A program made the position numbers and the translations under genes. Shown here one piece after another: positions 1-9,828 of a DNA stretch of 64,000 bases. Origin of the DNA: [Phormidium] sp. ETS-05 (lineage in GTDB: Bacteria > Cyanobacteriota > Cyanobacteriia > Cyanobacteriales > Laspinemataceae); the NCBI RefSeq assembly GCF_016446395.1, contig NZ_CP051168.1, positions 3,621,579 to 3,685,578 of the forward strand, written 5' to 3'. The notes beneath the pieces are model-generated. The model was not told the origin of the DNA and made no database searches. It saw only the letters and a list, made by a program, of their open reading frames with translations. How positions within the stretch are numbered: position 1 is the stretch's first letter; the number at the start of each line of letters is the position of its first letter.

Positions 1-524
1 TGCAACCGCCAACCCTTCACCTCCACACTATTATAATTATCCAGATAAGACTCCGGTAGCACCTCCAAATTCCCCGGAATTTTCAAGCGGTTAAGGATAC
101 TGCGGATATTCGCTCTTGGGTCGCGCACGACTATGGCAAACTTAGCCTGGGGAAAATATTCGGCCAGTTGGTCGTAAAAAAAAGTCAAGTGAGTTTCCTT
201 GATGATTTCCGTAGAAAAGTAAAACTTGTACCTTTCCATCAAATCTCGCAGGGGCATTTCTCCGCCGTACAACTGCTCCCGGAAATCTGGTTCCTTAATC
301 AGGTGAAACATATCAATAATCACCGTTTTGCCCGCTGCCCGTGCCACCAGAGCCGCAATGGCAGAAGTCCCACTTTTAGGATTGCCTAAAATAATCACTG
401 GCGCCGGATGAATCCGGGAAAACTTCATCAGATAAGAAGTTTTGAGCTGCGCCGCCGCCTTTTGTAAAGGCCGGAGGGGCTGCTTCATCGATTCGGGAAT
501 GATATCTTTAATTTTGCCAGCCAT
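1..524 (-). CDS. Sulfotransferase-family protein, C-terminally truncated by the window edge. It is not in the ORF track because it has no stop in the window.
   Basis: Reverse translation from the ATG at 524 gives MAGKIKDIIPESMKQPLRPLQKAAAQLKTSYLMKFSRIHPAPVIILGNPKSGTSAIAALVARAAGKTVIID... with the PAPS-binding P-loop-like GNPKSGTS motif typical of sulfotransferases. Confidence 0.5.
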   Translation of the reverse strand, partial: MAGKIKDIIPESMKQPLRPLQKAAAQLKTSYLMKFSRIHPAPVIILGNPKSGTSAIAALVARAAGKTVIIDMFHLIKEPDFREQLYGGEMPLRDLMERYKFYFSTEIIKETHLTFFYDQLAEYFPQAKFAIVVRDPRANIRSILNRLKIPGNLEVLPESYLDNYNSVEVKGWRL

Positions 525-744
525 TTACCTCTTCTTCGCTCCTAGTTATTGGTTATTGGTCATTTGTCATAGGTCACTTGTCATATCAAGTCTGGGGTCA
601 TGGTTCTGGTTTTTTCTAGCAGTTCTCAAGAGCCCCCCGGTCGGTGAGGGAAGCAGAACCGATGCTGAACTGCCTTTTGGCTTCCCCAGTTATTCACTTT
701 CCGATGCCAGACAAATGCCCGTAAAGCCAGTTGCTGAAACAATG

Positions 745-2067
745 TTAATTATACCGATTGATTGTCCTCCCTCCTCCCGGTCTGATCGATGGCGCCGGTT
801 CCTCCTCGAGATTATCCTCTGGCAGGAGGGGAGGTTCAGTGTTTCTGCCCACATCCGCGTATTGCACCTGTGGCCACAGACTAATTGAGACATAAAGCAC
901 CCAAGGGAGAGTATTTCCTACCAAAAGCCGGGTTTCCGAGACATTATTGAGAATTAAAATCGTAACAAACATCATCGGCCAAAGACTTTCGGCAGTTTTA
1001 GTATAGTGAATCCAGCTAACCCCCCGTTTGATGGTGAGAAAAAAGCCGATTAAGAATATCCCCAAACCCAACAAACCCAGCTCCGCCGCCAGGTCGATAA
1101 ACCCATTGTGACCGTACAAAGGACGCCAGTTGACGTTCCGCCAAATCACGGCTGAAGGACCCCGCCAGCTAATCCAAAATGACTTAAACCCATAACCCAG
1201 CCAGGGTTTTTCCGCCATCAGGGGAAACATCAGTTTCCACAGGGGCACTCGTCCAGAGAGGTCAGGACTCTTATCGAGAGCCTCAAAAAAGGCATCTAGA
1301 TTATCCACAAACAACGTTCCCGCCACACCACCAGAGAGTACAGTAACAATTAAAAAGTACATCATCATGCCGTAGCGAAACCGCAATCCCTGCAAGATGG
1401 GCACCATCATCATCACCGTCAAAAAGCCCACCCGACCGCCCCCAGATTTGGTCTGAAACACCAGAAACACTGATAGGAAAAAGCCCAACCAAGCGAGCCA
1501 GCGCTTTTTGATATCACTGTGAGCCAGTACCCAAAACACTGCTGTGGCAATAACTACATTCGTTGCCATTGCATTTTTGTGGCGGTAGATACCTCGCCAA
1601 GCACCACCGTGAATCCCTGACATGACGCCGTAATTGCGGACGCCGAAACCATATATGACGCAAAAGAACCCTGTAATGCCAAAGGCAATACCTAAAAGAC
1701 GCAATTGCTCTTTGTAGGTGTAGCGAGTGCCAAAGTAAAAGGCAAATATAGTGGTGCCCACTAGCTCTCGGGCGAATTTTTGGGTTGTGGGGGGCTCGAT
1801 AGACCAGAAAAAGGAAACAACGGCAATCAGGACTAAGATGAGGGGGAATTTCCCTCCCAAAAATAGCCCTCGAGCGCATTTTTTCCAATGGGCGAAGATA
1901 AAGAAGGCACTGGCGCCATAGATGGCGTAGTAGGATAGGTCTCGCACAGCCCCCGTAAACTGCAGTTCAAAAGCGCCGCTAAATATGACGATCGCCAAGA
2001 CTGCAAAAAGTTGTTCAAAGGCAAGGCTGAGCCTAATTCCGGTGCGAATTAATGGGTGTAAATACAT
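745..2067 (-). CDS. Polytopic membrane protein, O-antigen ligase/polymerase (Wzy/WaaL)-like.
   Basis: 445-aa ORF with more than ten hydrophobic helices and a large loop. It sits downstream of a glycosyltransferase in a polysaccharide context. The likely start is M at MYLHPLIRTG. Confidence 0.5.
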   Translation of the reverse strand: MYLHPLIRTGIRLSLAFEQLFAVLAIVIFSGAFELQFTGAVRDLSYYAIYGASAFFIFAHWKKCARGLFLGGKFPLILVLIAVVSFFWSIEPPTTQKFARELVGTTIFAFYFGTRYTYKEQLRLLGIAFGITGFFCVIYGFGVRNYGVMSGIHGGAWRGIYRHKNAMATNVVIATAVFWVLAHSDIKKRWLAWLGFFLSVFLVFQTKSGGGRVGFLTVMMMVPILQGLRFRYGMMMYFLIVTVLSGGVAGTLFVDNLDAFFEALDKSPDLSGRVPLWKLMFPLMAEKPWLGYGFKSFWISWRGPSAVIWRNVNWRPLYGHNGFIDLAAELGLLGLGIFLIGFFLTIKRGVSWIHYTKTAESLWPMMFVTILILNNVSETRLLVGNTLPWVLYVSISLWPQVQYADVGRNTEPPLLPEDNLEEEPAPSIRPGGGRTINRYN

Positions 2068-2138
2068 GGCAGGGATAGGCAAATTGTAGATGCAGCATTG
2101 GCGGTTGATGCCGGGGCTGCACTATCAAGCATAAATCG

Positions 2139-3410
2139 CTATTTTCCCAGACTGGAATTGCCGGATGAAACCATTTCACCATAAACAGATAAATAACGGC
2201 GAGCTTGGATTTCCAGGGTGAACTCGGTTTCTACCTTTTCTCTGGCGCGCTGGGAGAGTTTTTGGTGACGAGAACCATTTTCTAGTACCCAAGCGATGCC
2301 TTGAGCCAAGTCATCTATATTATATGCTGCTGCTAGATAACCATTTTGCTCATGTTCAATCATATCGGGCATCCCCCCAATATCAAACGCCACGCAGGGA
2401 GTGCCGCAGGCGAGGGATTCCATAATTGTATTGGGCAGGTTATCTTGCAAGGAAGGCAGCACAAATACATCGGCGGCGCTATATGCCAGCACTAAAGATA
2501 GCTCGTCCCCCAGCTTGCCCAGATAATGACATTTAAAGCCTAATTCCTCGCTTAGGCGACCGTGGGAGGCACCAAATACGACTAACTCAATCTTATCTTG
2601 CCAGCCGGATTTACTTAATTGTAGCAGGGCGGCTTGCAATGGCTCGAAACCCTTGCGCTTGTGGGTGGTTGCCCTCATGGCACCAAATAGCACCAGTTGT
2701 TTGTCTTGGGGTAATTCGAGCAGCGATCGGGCCGTATGGCGATCGAGGGGGCGGTATTTTTGCACATCAATGCCATTAGGAATCACTTCGACCCGGGTTT
2801 TGGCAAATAGGGCACTCTCCCGAGTGCATTTTGCCAACCACTTACTGGGGGTGACAATGGTTAAATTCAGGTTTTCCCAGGCTTTGCGCTTGCGTTGCCA
2901 TACCCAGTGGGATAAATCTCCCGGTTTGGAGCTTTGCAGTTGGGGACAGGCGCCACAGGATGTCTCGTAGCGATCGCACTCCAAAGCGTAATGACAGCCC
3001 CCCGTAAACCCCCACATATCGTGGAACGTCCATACAATGGGCTGATGCAGCTTCTGAAGGGTGGCGATATTGACAAATCCTTCCCCCACCCAGTGCAAAT
3101 TCACCACATCCGGGTTGAGCTGCTGCACTTTTGTCGCCACCCGATCGGGCAACCACCCCAGAGAATAAGCCTCCTTCGTTCGCCCGGGATAAACCTGCAT
3201 CGGCAACCGGTCCAGAGTCTGCCGCAGCTTCGCCACCTCTTGTTCCAGCTTTTTAACCGGTTCGATTACCCTTGGGTCATCGCTGAGTTTTCTTTGCACC
3301 AACAACTTTGAATCTACTTGCATTCCCAGTAGCCCTTGATGCAATCTAAATGCAGCTCTTGCCGCTCCTCCCTCAATATCCGTTGTATTCACCAACAGCA
3401 CTTTCATCAT
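2139..3410 (-). CDS. Glycosyltransferase family 4 (GT-B, group 1).
   Basis: 423-aa ORF. It has the N-terminal MKVLLVNTTDIEGGAARAAFRLHQGL pattern and the C-terminal E..IPNGID / nucleotide-sugar-binding region (LPSLQDNLPNTIMESLACGTPCVAFDIGG) typical of GT4 enzymes. Confidence 0.75.
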   Translation of the reverse strand: MMKVLLVNTTDIEGGAARAAFRLHQGLLGMQVDSKLLVQRKLSDDPRVIEPVKKLEQEVAKLRQTLDRLPMQVYPGRTKEAYSLGWLPDRVATKVQQLNPDVVNLHWVGEGFVNIATLQKLHQPIVWTFHDMWGFTGGCHYALECDRYETSCGACPQLQSSKPGDLSHWVWQRKRKAWENLNLTIVTPSKWLAKCTRESALFAKTRVEVIPNGIDVQKYRPLDRHTARSLLELPQDKQLVLFGAMRATTHKRKGFEPLQAALLQLSKSGWQDKIELVVFGASHGRLSEELGFKCHYLGKLGDELSLVLAYSAADVFVLPSLQDNLPNTIMESLACGTPCVAFDIGGMPDMIEHEQNGYLAAAYNIDDLAQGIAWVLENGSRHQKLSQRAREKVETEFTLEIQARRYLSVYGEMVSSGNSSLGK

Positions 3411-3834
3411 CTACACACCTTCACCATTTCCATTTCTCAGATAATCATCATTTCTAGCCGTCAAACCCAACCAAATCTGTAAGACACCCCGTCTCTTCCA
3501 GAAGGTTGCTTTGAAATGCACCCGCTGTATTGCCTACAGTATAAGCACTTTTCCTCCCTTTTGCCTAGACTTATGTCTCTTTCTCTACCTCTCCACTGGT
3601 TTTTCCCCCTAAATTCCCCCCATTACTCGCCATATCATCATATATTTGTTACAATCATATATTACAGCCTGTTCATAAATAACCCGATCAGATCTCAAAG
3701 TCCCTCTCCCTCTCTGGGAGAGGGATTTAGGGTGAGGGCAATGTGTTAAGCGAATGGTGAACAGGCTGTAACTATCAACCCAACCAAATTAATTTACCAA
3801 ATTTTCATCAATTGCTTTTTCATAAAAAAAACTA

Positions 3835-4692
3835 TCAGGCATTGTTTTTAATTAATAGTTCAGTCATTGGCGCGTGATGTGCATTTTTCATGGCCACAGC
3901 TTCCACCGCAAATCCATACCTATGGGCGCGCTGACGGACTTCTTCCGTATTATCATAGGTCATCAAAAAATTACCCTTCAGGCGGCTAGCTATATCAAAA
4001 ATTTGTTCGTGGTTAATTTCCCAATGTTTATAAAGACGCTTTCCAGCTTTTTTACCGGCATCACTATAAGGAGGATCGATAAAAAATACTGCGTCTGTTC
4101 GGCTGACATTATGCAACAAAACTTCCATGCCGTCTCCAGGGATAAAACTGATTTTCTGCCGAATCGACATAATATCTAAAATCCGCTTTTTTAGAGTTTC
4201 TGGATACCAGCGAGATTTTAAGCCCATGCCATGTTCTCCCAGTTTAATTTTTCCGGCACCCGGAGCAAGAATACCACCTCGATTAATCCGGTTTTTTAGG
4301 ATAGTTTGAAAAGCCTTTTCTTTGGTTGATATATTCCTCTGAGAGAGTATATAATTAACTGTATCCGGGGAAAAATCAAAAGCAGCAATTTGATTGGCAA
4401 GCCATTCCGCCTCTGGGGAAAGCATCGTCAACCACACCGCTGCAACGTCTGCATCCAACTCCGCGATCGTCACATGATGAGCCAACTGCTCAAAAGCCAC
4501 AGTGAGGCTGACAATTCCCCCACCAGCAAAAGGCTCGATAAATTCCATCGGTGGTACTTCCTGGCTCGCCAGCCAGCTCCTGATTCGTGGAACGAGCCAA
4601 GTTTTCCCCCCCGGATACCGAAAAGGACTGCGCAGGGGAACAGCAGTATTTGAGCTATATTGATGTGATTCAAATAGAGATAGTTGCTGCAT
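3835..4692 (-). CDS. Dam-family (D12 class) N6-adenine DNA methyltransferase.
   Basis: N-terminal FRYPGGKTWLVPRI (motif I-like) and the catalytic FFIDPPY motif. Its 285-aa length matches Dam-family enzymes. Confidence 0.8.
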   Translation of the reverse strand: MQQLSLFESHQYSSNTAVPLRSPFRYPGGKTWLVPRIRSWLASQEVPPMEFIEPFAGGGIVSLTVAFEQLAHHVTIAELDADVAAVWLTMLSPEAEWLANQIAAFDFSPDTVNYILSQRNISTKEKAFQTILKNRINRGGILAPGAGKIKLGEHGMGLKSRWYPETLKKRILDIMSIRQKISFIPGDGMEVLLHNVSRTDAVFFIDPPYSDAGKKAGKRLYKHWEINHEQIFDIASRLKGNFLMTYDNTEEVRQRAHRYGFAVEAVAMKNAHHAPMTELLIKNNA

Positions 4693-4824
4693 GAGTACAA
4701 TAAATCTACAATATGTCGGTCAGTGTTGGTGCATCCGGGGGATTGTCCAGGCGATCGTCCAGTTTTTCTTGGATATAATTAACAAATTCTTCTATGAGTC
4801 CAGCTTCTGGAATGGTCAAGCGTT

Positions 4825-5594
4825 CTAAAGCGGGCTGAAATAAAGTATAAACTGTCTTATACTTAGTAATTGATAAATTTGGCGCTTTTCATCGTACTGT
4901 AAGTCGTAAACTAGCCAGACCATTTCTGCCAATTCCCTGTCAACTTCTGGAATTTCGGGCAGCTTGCTGTAAAATCCTTTATGCAAAGCCACAGCAATTC
5001 TCTTCCCCCATGTTTTAAAAATACCTCCTTTATATATTAGCTGCGGCGCTAGACGTTTCCGCGAAGATGATAAATAGTCAGGACGCGGATAGTTTGTGGG
5101 ACTGTTCCAGTCCATATTAAAATGCCCGGATTTTCCATGTAGTATTCAAATGGTAGCCTCACATTGCCAGAAATGTACACACCTTGCACTTCTAAGGCTC
5201 CAAAATCAATTATCCTGCCTCGGTCATCATAAGCAACGATAACCACGTCAATATTCCCAGCCGACTGTCCATTTTTATCGTTGAGGCGAATTTCTGTAAG
5301 AGAAGTCCATTTCGTCGTTTCGGGAAAAAAGAACTGGGCTGCATCTTCAGCTATGAGCCAATCCTGACGGAAGCGAATTGGACAGGTAATAGCCAAATCA
5401 TCTCCTTCATATACACTGCAAACACCCAAAGGGTCATTGGCTTTATCTTTAGTGCAAGAAGGAACTTTATTGTTGTATGGGCAAAGTCTATTTTGACGGT
5501 ATCTCTGAGCCGCCTGTGATAGGTTATGAATGGGAAATCCAAAAACTTCTCCCAGTGGTTGTTTTGGCATAAACATCAACATTTTATGAATCAA
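4825..5594 (-). CDS. Putative type II restriction endonuclease partner of the Dam-like methyltransferase, split by a frameshift into a 181-aa ORF plus a 96-aa ORF.
   Basis: Two overlapping minus-strand ORFs (5049-5594 and 4825-5115) in different frames. The first contains a Cys-rich CPYNNKVPSC...C...ITCP motif. The gene lies immediately next to, and on the same strand as, the methyltransferase. The frame change lies within 5049-5115. Confidence 0.4.
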
Positions 5595-5681
5595 ATAAAT
5601 TTGACAACAATCCCGGCAATAAAACCAATAAGATTTGTAACTTTATCAATGCCAGCAATGACGATATTACACAATCATCCC

Positions 5682-6695
5682 TCATATTACCGCCGATTCC
5701 AATAACCTAATCGTCCCTACGCGGGCATCGATTTCCGCTTCCACCCCCAGGGGAACCGTGAATTTATCCCGAATGTGACCGATCGCCGACCCATACCACG
5801 CCGGAATCCCCAAAGGTTTGATCATATCCTGCAACACCTGATTCAAAGTGAGGGATGGTTCGTCCCCTTCTCCCGCCGTGCAATCCGTACATTCCGCAAA
5901 AATGAACCCAGCTAATTTATCCAAAATACCCGCAATTTTTAGCTGAGTTAACAATCTATCAACACTATAGATATTTTCCTCAATTTCTTCTATAAATAAG
6001 ATAGTTTGACCCCAGTCGGGCAGGTAATTAGACCCCAACATGGAAGCAATTACAGATAAATTACCCCCCAAAAGTCGCCCCATAGATTTGCCACTGGTGA
6101 TAGTTTGCACCCGCAGGGTAGGGGGATTGCGCAGGGTGACAGATTCCCCAGCAAATAGCAGACGCTGAAAATAATTTACCGAAAAAGAATTCCAGCTAGA
6201 AATCCCAACCGGTCCGTGAAATGTCACCATCCCGGTCTGGGCATAAATTGCCAATAATAAAGATGTGATATCGCTGAAACCGATAATAATTTTGGGATTT
6301 TGGCGAATCAGATTGTAGTCTAGAAGAGGTAAAATGCGGTTGCACCCCCAACCGCCGCGCATGGTGATAATGGCTTTTACCGTAGGATCGCGAAACATAT
6401 TATTCACATCTGTAGCGCGGTTTTCGTCTCTACCAGCCAGATAACCGTATTCGTCGAGGATATGAGCGCCTAATTTAGCTTTTAATCCCAGTTGATTCAT
6501 TACTGCTACCGCATCCGCCACATCTTCCCGATCGACCGGAGACGCCGGACTGATTAAACCCACAGTATCTCCTAGTTGCAACCGGCGAGGTTTGAGAACT
6601 GTGGGTGAATTGGCAGCAGCAATTTTGGGCAATTGACTTGCCAATATGGTCATCCCTAGAATTTCCCCGAATTGTCGCCGCGATATTTTCGCCAT
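5682..6695 (-). CDS. ldcA: LD-carboxypeptidase (peptidase S66, LdcA-like) with a Tat-type signal.
   Basis: SRRQFGEILG twin-arginine leader. GDTVGLISPASPV and the G-S-D-x-T nucleophile region (IIGFSDITSLL) match S66 muramoyl-tetrapeptide carboxypeptidases. Confidence 0.75.
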   Translation of the reverse strand: MAKISRRQFGEILGMTILASQLPKIAAANSPTVLKPRRLQLGDTVGLISPASPVDREDVADAVAVMNQLGLKAKLGAHILDEYGYLAGRDENRATDVNNMFRDPTVKAIITMRGGWGCNRILPLLDYNLIRQNPKIIIGFSDITSLLLAIYAQTGMVTFHGPVGISSWNSFSVNYFQRLLFAGESVTLRNPPTLRVQTITSGKSMGRLLGGNLSVIASMLGSNYLPDWGQTILFIEEIEENIYSVDRLLTQLKIAGILDKLAGFIFAECTDCTAGEGDEPSLTLNQVLQDMIKPLGIPAWYGSAIGHIRDKFTVPLGVEAEIDARVGTIRLLESAVI

Positions 6696-6798
6696 TTTCC
6701 CTATCCCCGTTTTGCCATTATGATGGCTTCATCCTAATATGTTACCATACAAAGGACAAAGGACAAAGGACAAAGGACAAAGGACAAAGGACAAATCA

Positions 6799-8079
6799 TT
6801 ATTTTTGCCAAGGTGGAGCGGAGTAGTCCAGGGGGAGCTGGAAACTGCCCGGTTTTGGTTGCACCCAGGGTAGTTGTCGGCTGAACGATATGGACATCGT
6901 ACCATCACTGTTTAATTGATAAATCCACCGCTCACCCGGACAAACTTTTGATGGCAGATCTGGTAGTTCTGAGGGCCATTTCCCTGTAGTTGCTGCTGCT
7001 GTCTTCGCTGCCAATACTTGCGCCGTCAGCTCCCAGTCTAGCATCACTTTGCCTGTATTTTGCCATTGACCGGCCCAATCGGGCATACCGAGACGACCCA
7101 AATCATTCCACCAGGCGATCGCGTCCGATCGCTCTCGCTCAAAAGCATCTTTATCAAAAGTGCAGACATTTTCCCCCTCCAACTTAGCAAATGCCAGCCG
7201 GTTTTTGGCAGTTGTATCCATTGCGGATAACTGTAAATACATTAACTCCAGCGGTTGCAACGCCATATTCCCCTCATCCTTGGGAGGGAATTGCACCAAC
7301 CCGTACATCATCCAAGCTTCTAACATCAAAGCCCGCTCCAGGGATTTTTGGTAATCCACTGCCATCATATTTGCCAGCCCCTCTGGCGGGAGAGCATGGA
7401 GTTGGCGAGCCACCCCAGCTTGCATCTTCGCCACAATTAACGCCAATAACTGAGATACCGCATCTGGACGGTTCCGTAAGGCTTGATTTAGCTGATAAGA
7501 TACCGCCATCATTGGCCATAAATCTGCTTTCTTATCAATTCGATTTTTTACCAAAATATCCAACATCAAAATTTTTTGTAATTTCAGCAATCCCCCCAGA
7601 TTGGGCAGAGGGGCAGAAATATCTAAAAACCGCTCTATGTCCATTTGCCAAACAGGAGTTTCACTACTGGCAACGTGACGGCGAATGGCCGATATTTCCC
7701 CAGCTCGCTTTTGCAGATAATCTTGCAGAACCGCCGGAATCTGCACATTGCTAGTGGGTTTTTCTAGCTGACTGTTCAAAAACTTGTCTAATTCTTCTCG
7801 GATATTTTCAAACTCCTGCATTTCTCCGCCTGGGGTGGGCGGTTCTTCCCTGCTAGAGACCGCCGGACCGATACCGAGTTTTACCGTAAGTTGATTGAGT
7901 TGGCGTGCTGAGTCGTTGATTGCAGTTTTGGGGAACTGGCTAGCAAAGTTTCCCCAATCTTGGGACATTTGTTTTGCCTGTTGGCTAATCCAGAATTGAC
8001 CCCCCAATAGAACCAGGACTAACAATCCCAATCCCCCACCCATAGAGGTTAAAATTAATTGCCAAATTTTTCGGTTCAT
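6799..8079 (-). CDS. Hypothetical protein with an N-terminal transmembrane anchor.
   Basis: 426-aa ORF. N-terminal hydrophobic segment LILTSMGGGLGLLVLVLLGG. I recognise no motif. Confidence 0.4.
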   Translation of the reverse strand: MNRKIWQLILTSMGGGLGLLVLVLLGGQFWISQQAKQMSQDWGNFASQFPKTAINDSARQLNQLTVKLGIGPAVSSREEPPTPGGEMQEFENIREELDKFLNSQLEKPTSNVQIPAVLQDYLQKRAGEISAIRRHVASSETPVWQMDIERFLDISAPLPNLGGLLKLQKILMLDILVKNRIDKKADLWPMMAVSYQLNQALRNRPDAVSQLLALIVAKMQAGVARQLHALPPEGLANMMAVDYQKSLERALMLEAWMMYGLVQFPPKDEGNMALQPLELMYLQLSAMDTTAKNRLAFAKLEGENVCTFDKDAFERERSDAIAWWNDLGRLGMPDWAGQWQNTGKVMLDWELTAQVLAAKTAAATTGKWPSELPDLPSKVCPGERWIYQLNSDGTMSISFSRQLPWVQPKPGSFQLPLDYSAPPWQK

Positions 8080-8142
8080 AATAGCTAGCGGTGTTTCGGT
8101 AATGAATCCGATAATTATAAATCATTCTTCCAGATAGCCGCC

Positions 8143-9696
8143 ATGTCAAATCGGCTGGGGAGCAAAAGGTCAACTTTTGATATGATGAAGGCAACAGCCC
8201 GCATCTGGGGAAAAATTGGAGGATTGGCAATGGAGAGAGCCTGGGAAAAAAAGACGATCGGTTGGAAACTACAAGGGAAAAAGGTGGCCCGGAGAGTGCA
8301 AAAGGAGGTCAGTGCTTACCGCCGGTTTTTGGCGGAGCGGGGGTTAAACAGCAATGTGGAATTTGACCAGTTACCAGTGACGGATAAGCAATCTTATGCT
8401 CTGAGTTATCCTTATGAAGAATTGCTGGGGGGAGACCGGGAAAAATTTTTGGCGATTTTTCGCTCTTCTGGCTCTTCTGGCAACCCTTTTTTCTGGCCAG
8501 TTTTGAAGCCCAGCAGCCGGTTGATGCCCTGGTCAACCCGCCTATTTTTGGAGCAATCTTTTGCCATCCATAAGCGCAAAACAATGGTAATTGTAGGGTT
8601 GGGTTTGGGTAGCTGGTTGCCGGGGGAGCATTTTTCCTGGGGCATGAAAAATGTGGCGATGCAGGTGAGCTATCCTTTCTGGGTGTTTACTCCCGGCACC
8701 AATTTTCAGGAAATTATCGAGATGGTGCAGCGGATGGATAATCTGGTGGAACAGATTATTATTTTAATCACGCCAGCGGCGATACCGCATCTGCGGCTGA
8801 AAGCGGTTGAGTTGGGACAAACTCTGCCTTTGGCTAAATTAAGGTATGTACTGTTAGGCGAACCGTTTCCCGAAAGCATCCGCAGTTACTGGCAAACTGA
8901 AGCTGGCATTCCCCCAGAAATTGCTTTTATGCTGTCTATGTATGGGAGTAATGATACGGGTGGTTTGGGGGTGGAATCTTTAGGCTCGGTGGCGGTTCGG
9001 CAACTATTGGAGCAAAACCCTGCTCTGGCGGAGGAACTGGGAATTACACCGCCAATTCCGCTATTTTTTCACGCGATCGCCTTTGACGCCTTCCTGGAAA
9101 TTGTTGATGGCAGTCTTTGCATTACCCGCTGGCAAGGCATTCCCCTGGTGCGCTACATGGTCTATGATAAAGTGGCGTTTTATAGTTGGCAAAAACTCAA
9201 ACAAGCCATCCTCACATCAAAACACTTACCACCAGGGGATAATCCTTGGGTCGATGTGGTGGCAAAAAGTGCCAATTGGCTGCCTAATATCATCGCCGTA
9301 ACCGGTCGATCGGATAGTTGCCTGATTCTGAATGGCATTACTATTACAGAATATATGCTGGATGAAGCTGTAAGGTGCGCTGAACTGCAACCCATTCTTA
9401 CCGGCATTTATCGGGCAAGAATTATTTATGAAGAAACTAGACAGCATCTGGCTCTGGATTTGGAACTCAACCCAGATGTCATCATAGATGCTACTACCTC
9501 TGACCTAGTTTATCACCATTTAGTAAAATCCTTGGGGAGAGTAGAGCCAGTTTTTTTGGCCACGTGGAAAAATGAATACAGCCATTGGGATAATGACCCG
9601 GATAAGCGAGTTTTTAAAATCCGTCTGCTGCCCTGGCCGAGTTTGTCTCAATCTACGGAAACCAGCATCAAACAGAGAGGGATTGTCCGGGAATAG
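8143..9696 (+). CDS. Adenylate-forming enzyme, phenylacetate-CoA ligase / coenzyme F390 synthetase-like (PaaK/CapK family).
   Basis: FRSSGSSGNPFFWP resembles the PaaK-family P-loop (SSGTTGKP). The length and the downstream GLGLGSW...YGSNDTGGLG pattern are consistent with the family. Confidence 0.5.
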   Translation: MSNRLGSKRSTFDMMKATARIWGKIGGLAMERAWEKKTIGWKLQGKKVARRVQKEVSAYRRFLAERGLNSNVEFDQLPVTDKQSYALSYPYEELLGGDREKFLAIFRSSGSSGNPFFWPVLKPSSRLMPWSTRLFLEQSFAIHKRKTMVIVGLGLGSWLPGEHFSWGMKNVAMQVSYPFWVFTPGTNFQEIIEMVQRMDNLVEQIIILITPAAIPHLRLKAVELGQTLPLAKLRYVLLGEPFPESIRSYWQTEAGIPPEIAFMLSMYGSNDTGGLGVESLGSVAVRQLLEQNPALAEELGITPPIPLFFHAIAFDAFLEIVDGSLCITRWQGIPLVRYMVYDKVAFYSWQKLKQAILTSKHLPPGDNPWVDVVAKSANWLPNIIAVTGRSDSCLILNGITITEYMLDEAVRCAELQPILTGIYRARIIYEETRQHLALDLELNPDVIIDATTSDLVYHHLVKSLGRVEPVFLATWKNEYSHWDNDPDKRVFKIRLLPWPSLSQSTETSIKQRGIVRE

Positions 9697-9828
9697 TTGC
9701 ACCCAAGCATGGCGAAGCTGCTGGAGATTTATCCCCAGCAGTCAGAAAAATTTTTTTGGCAAAACTATTGACAGAAACGTGGGGTTTAGAGTAGGCTAAT
9801 TAATAGCACCAAAAGCCTACTCTCGTTC

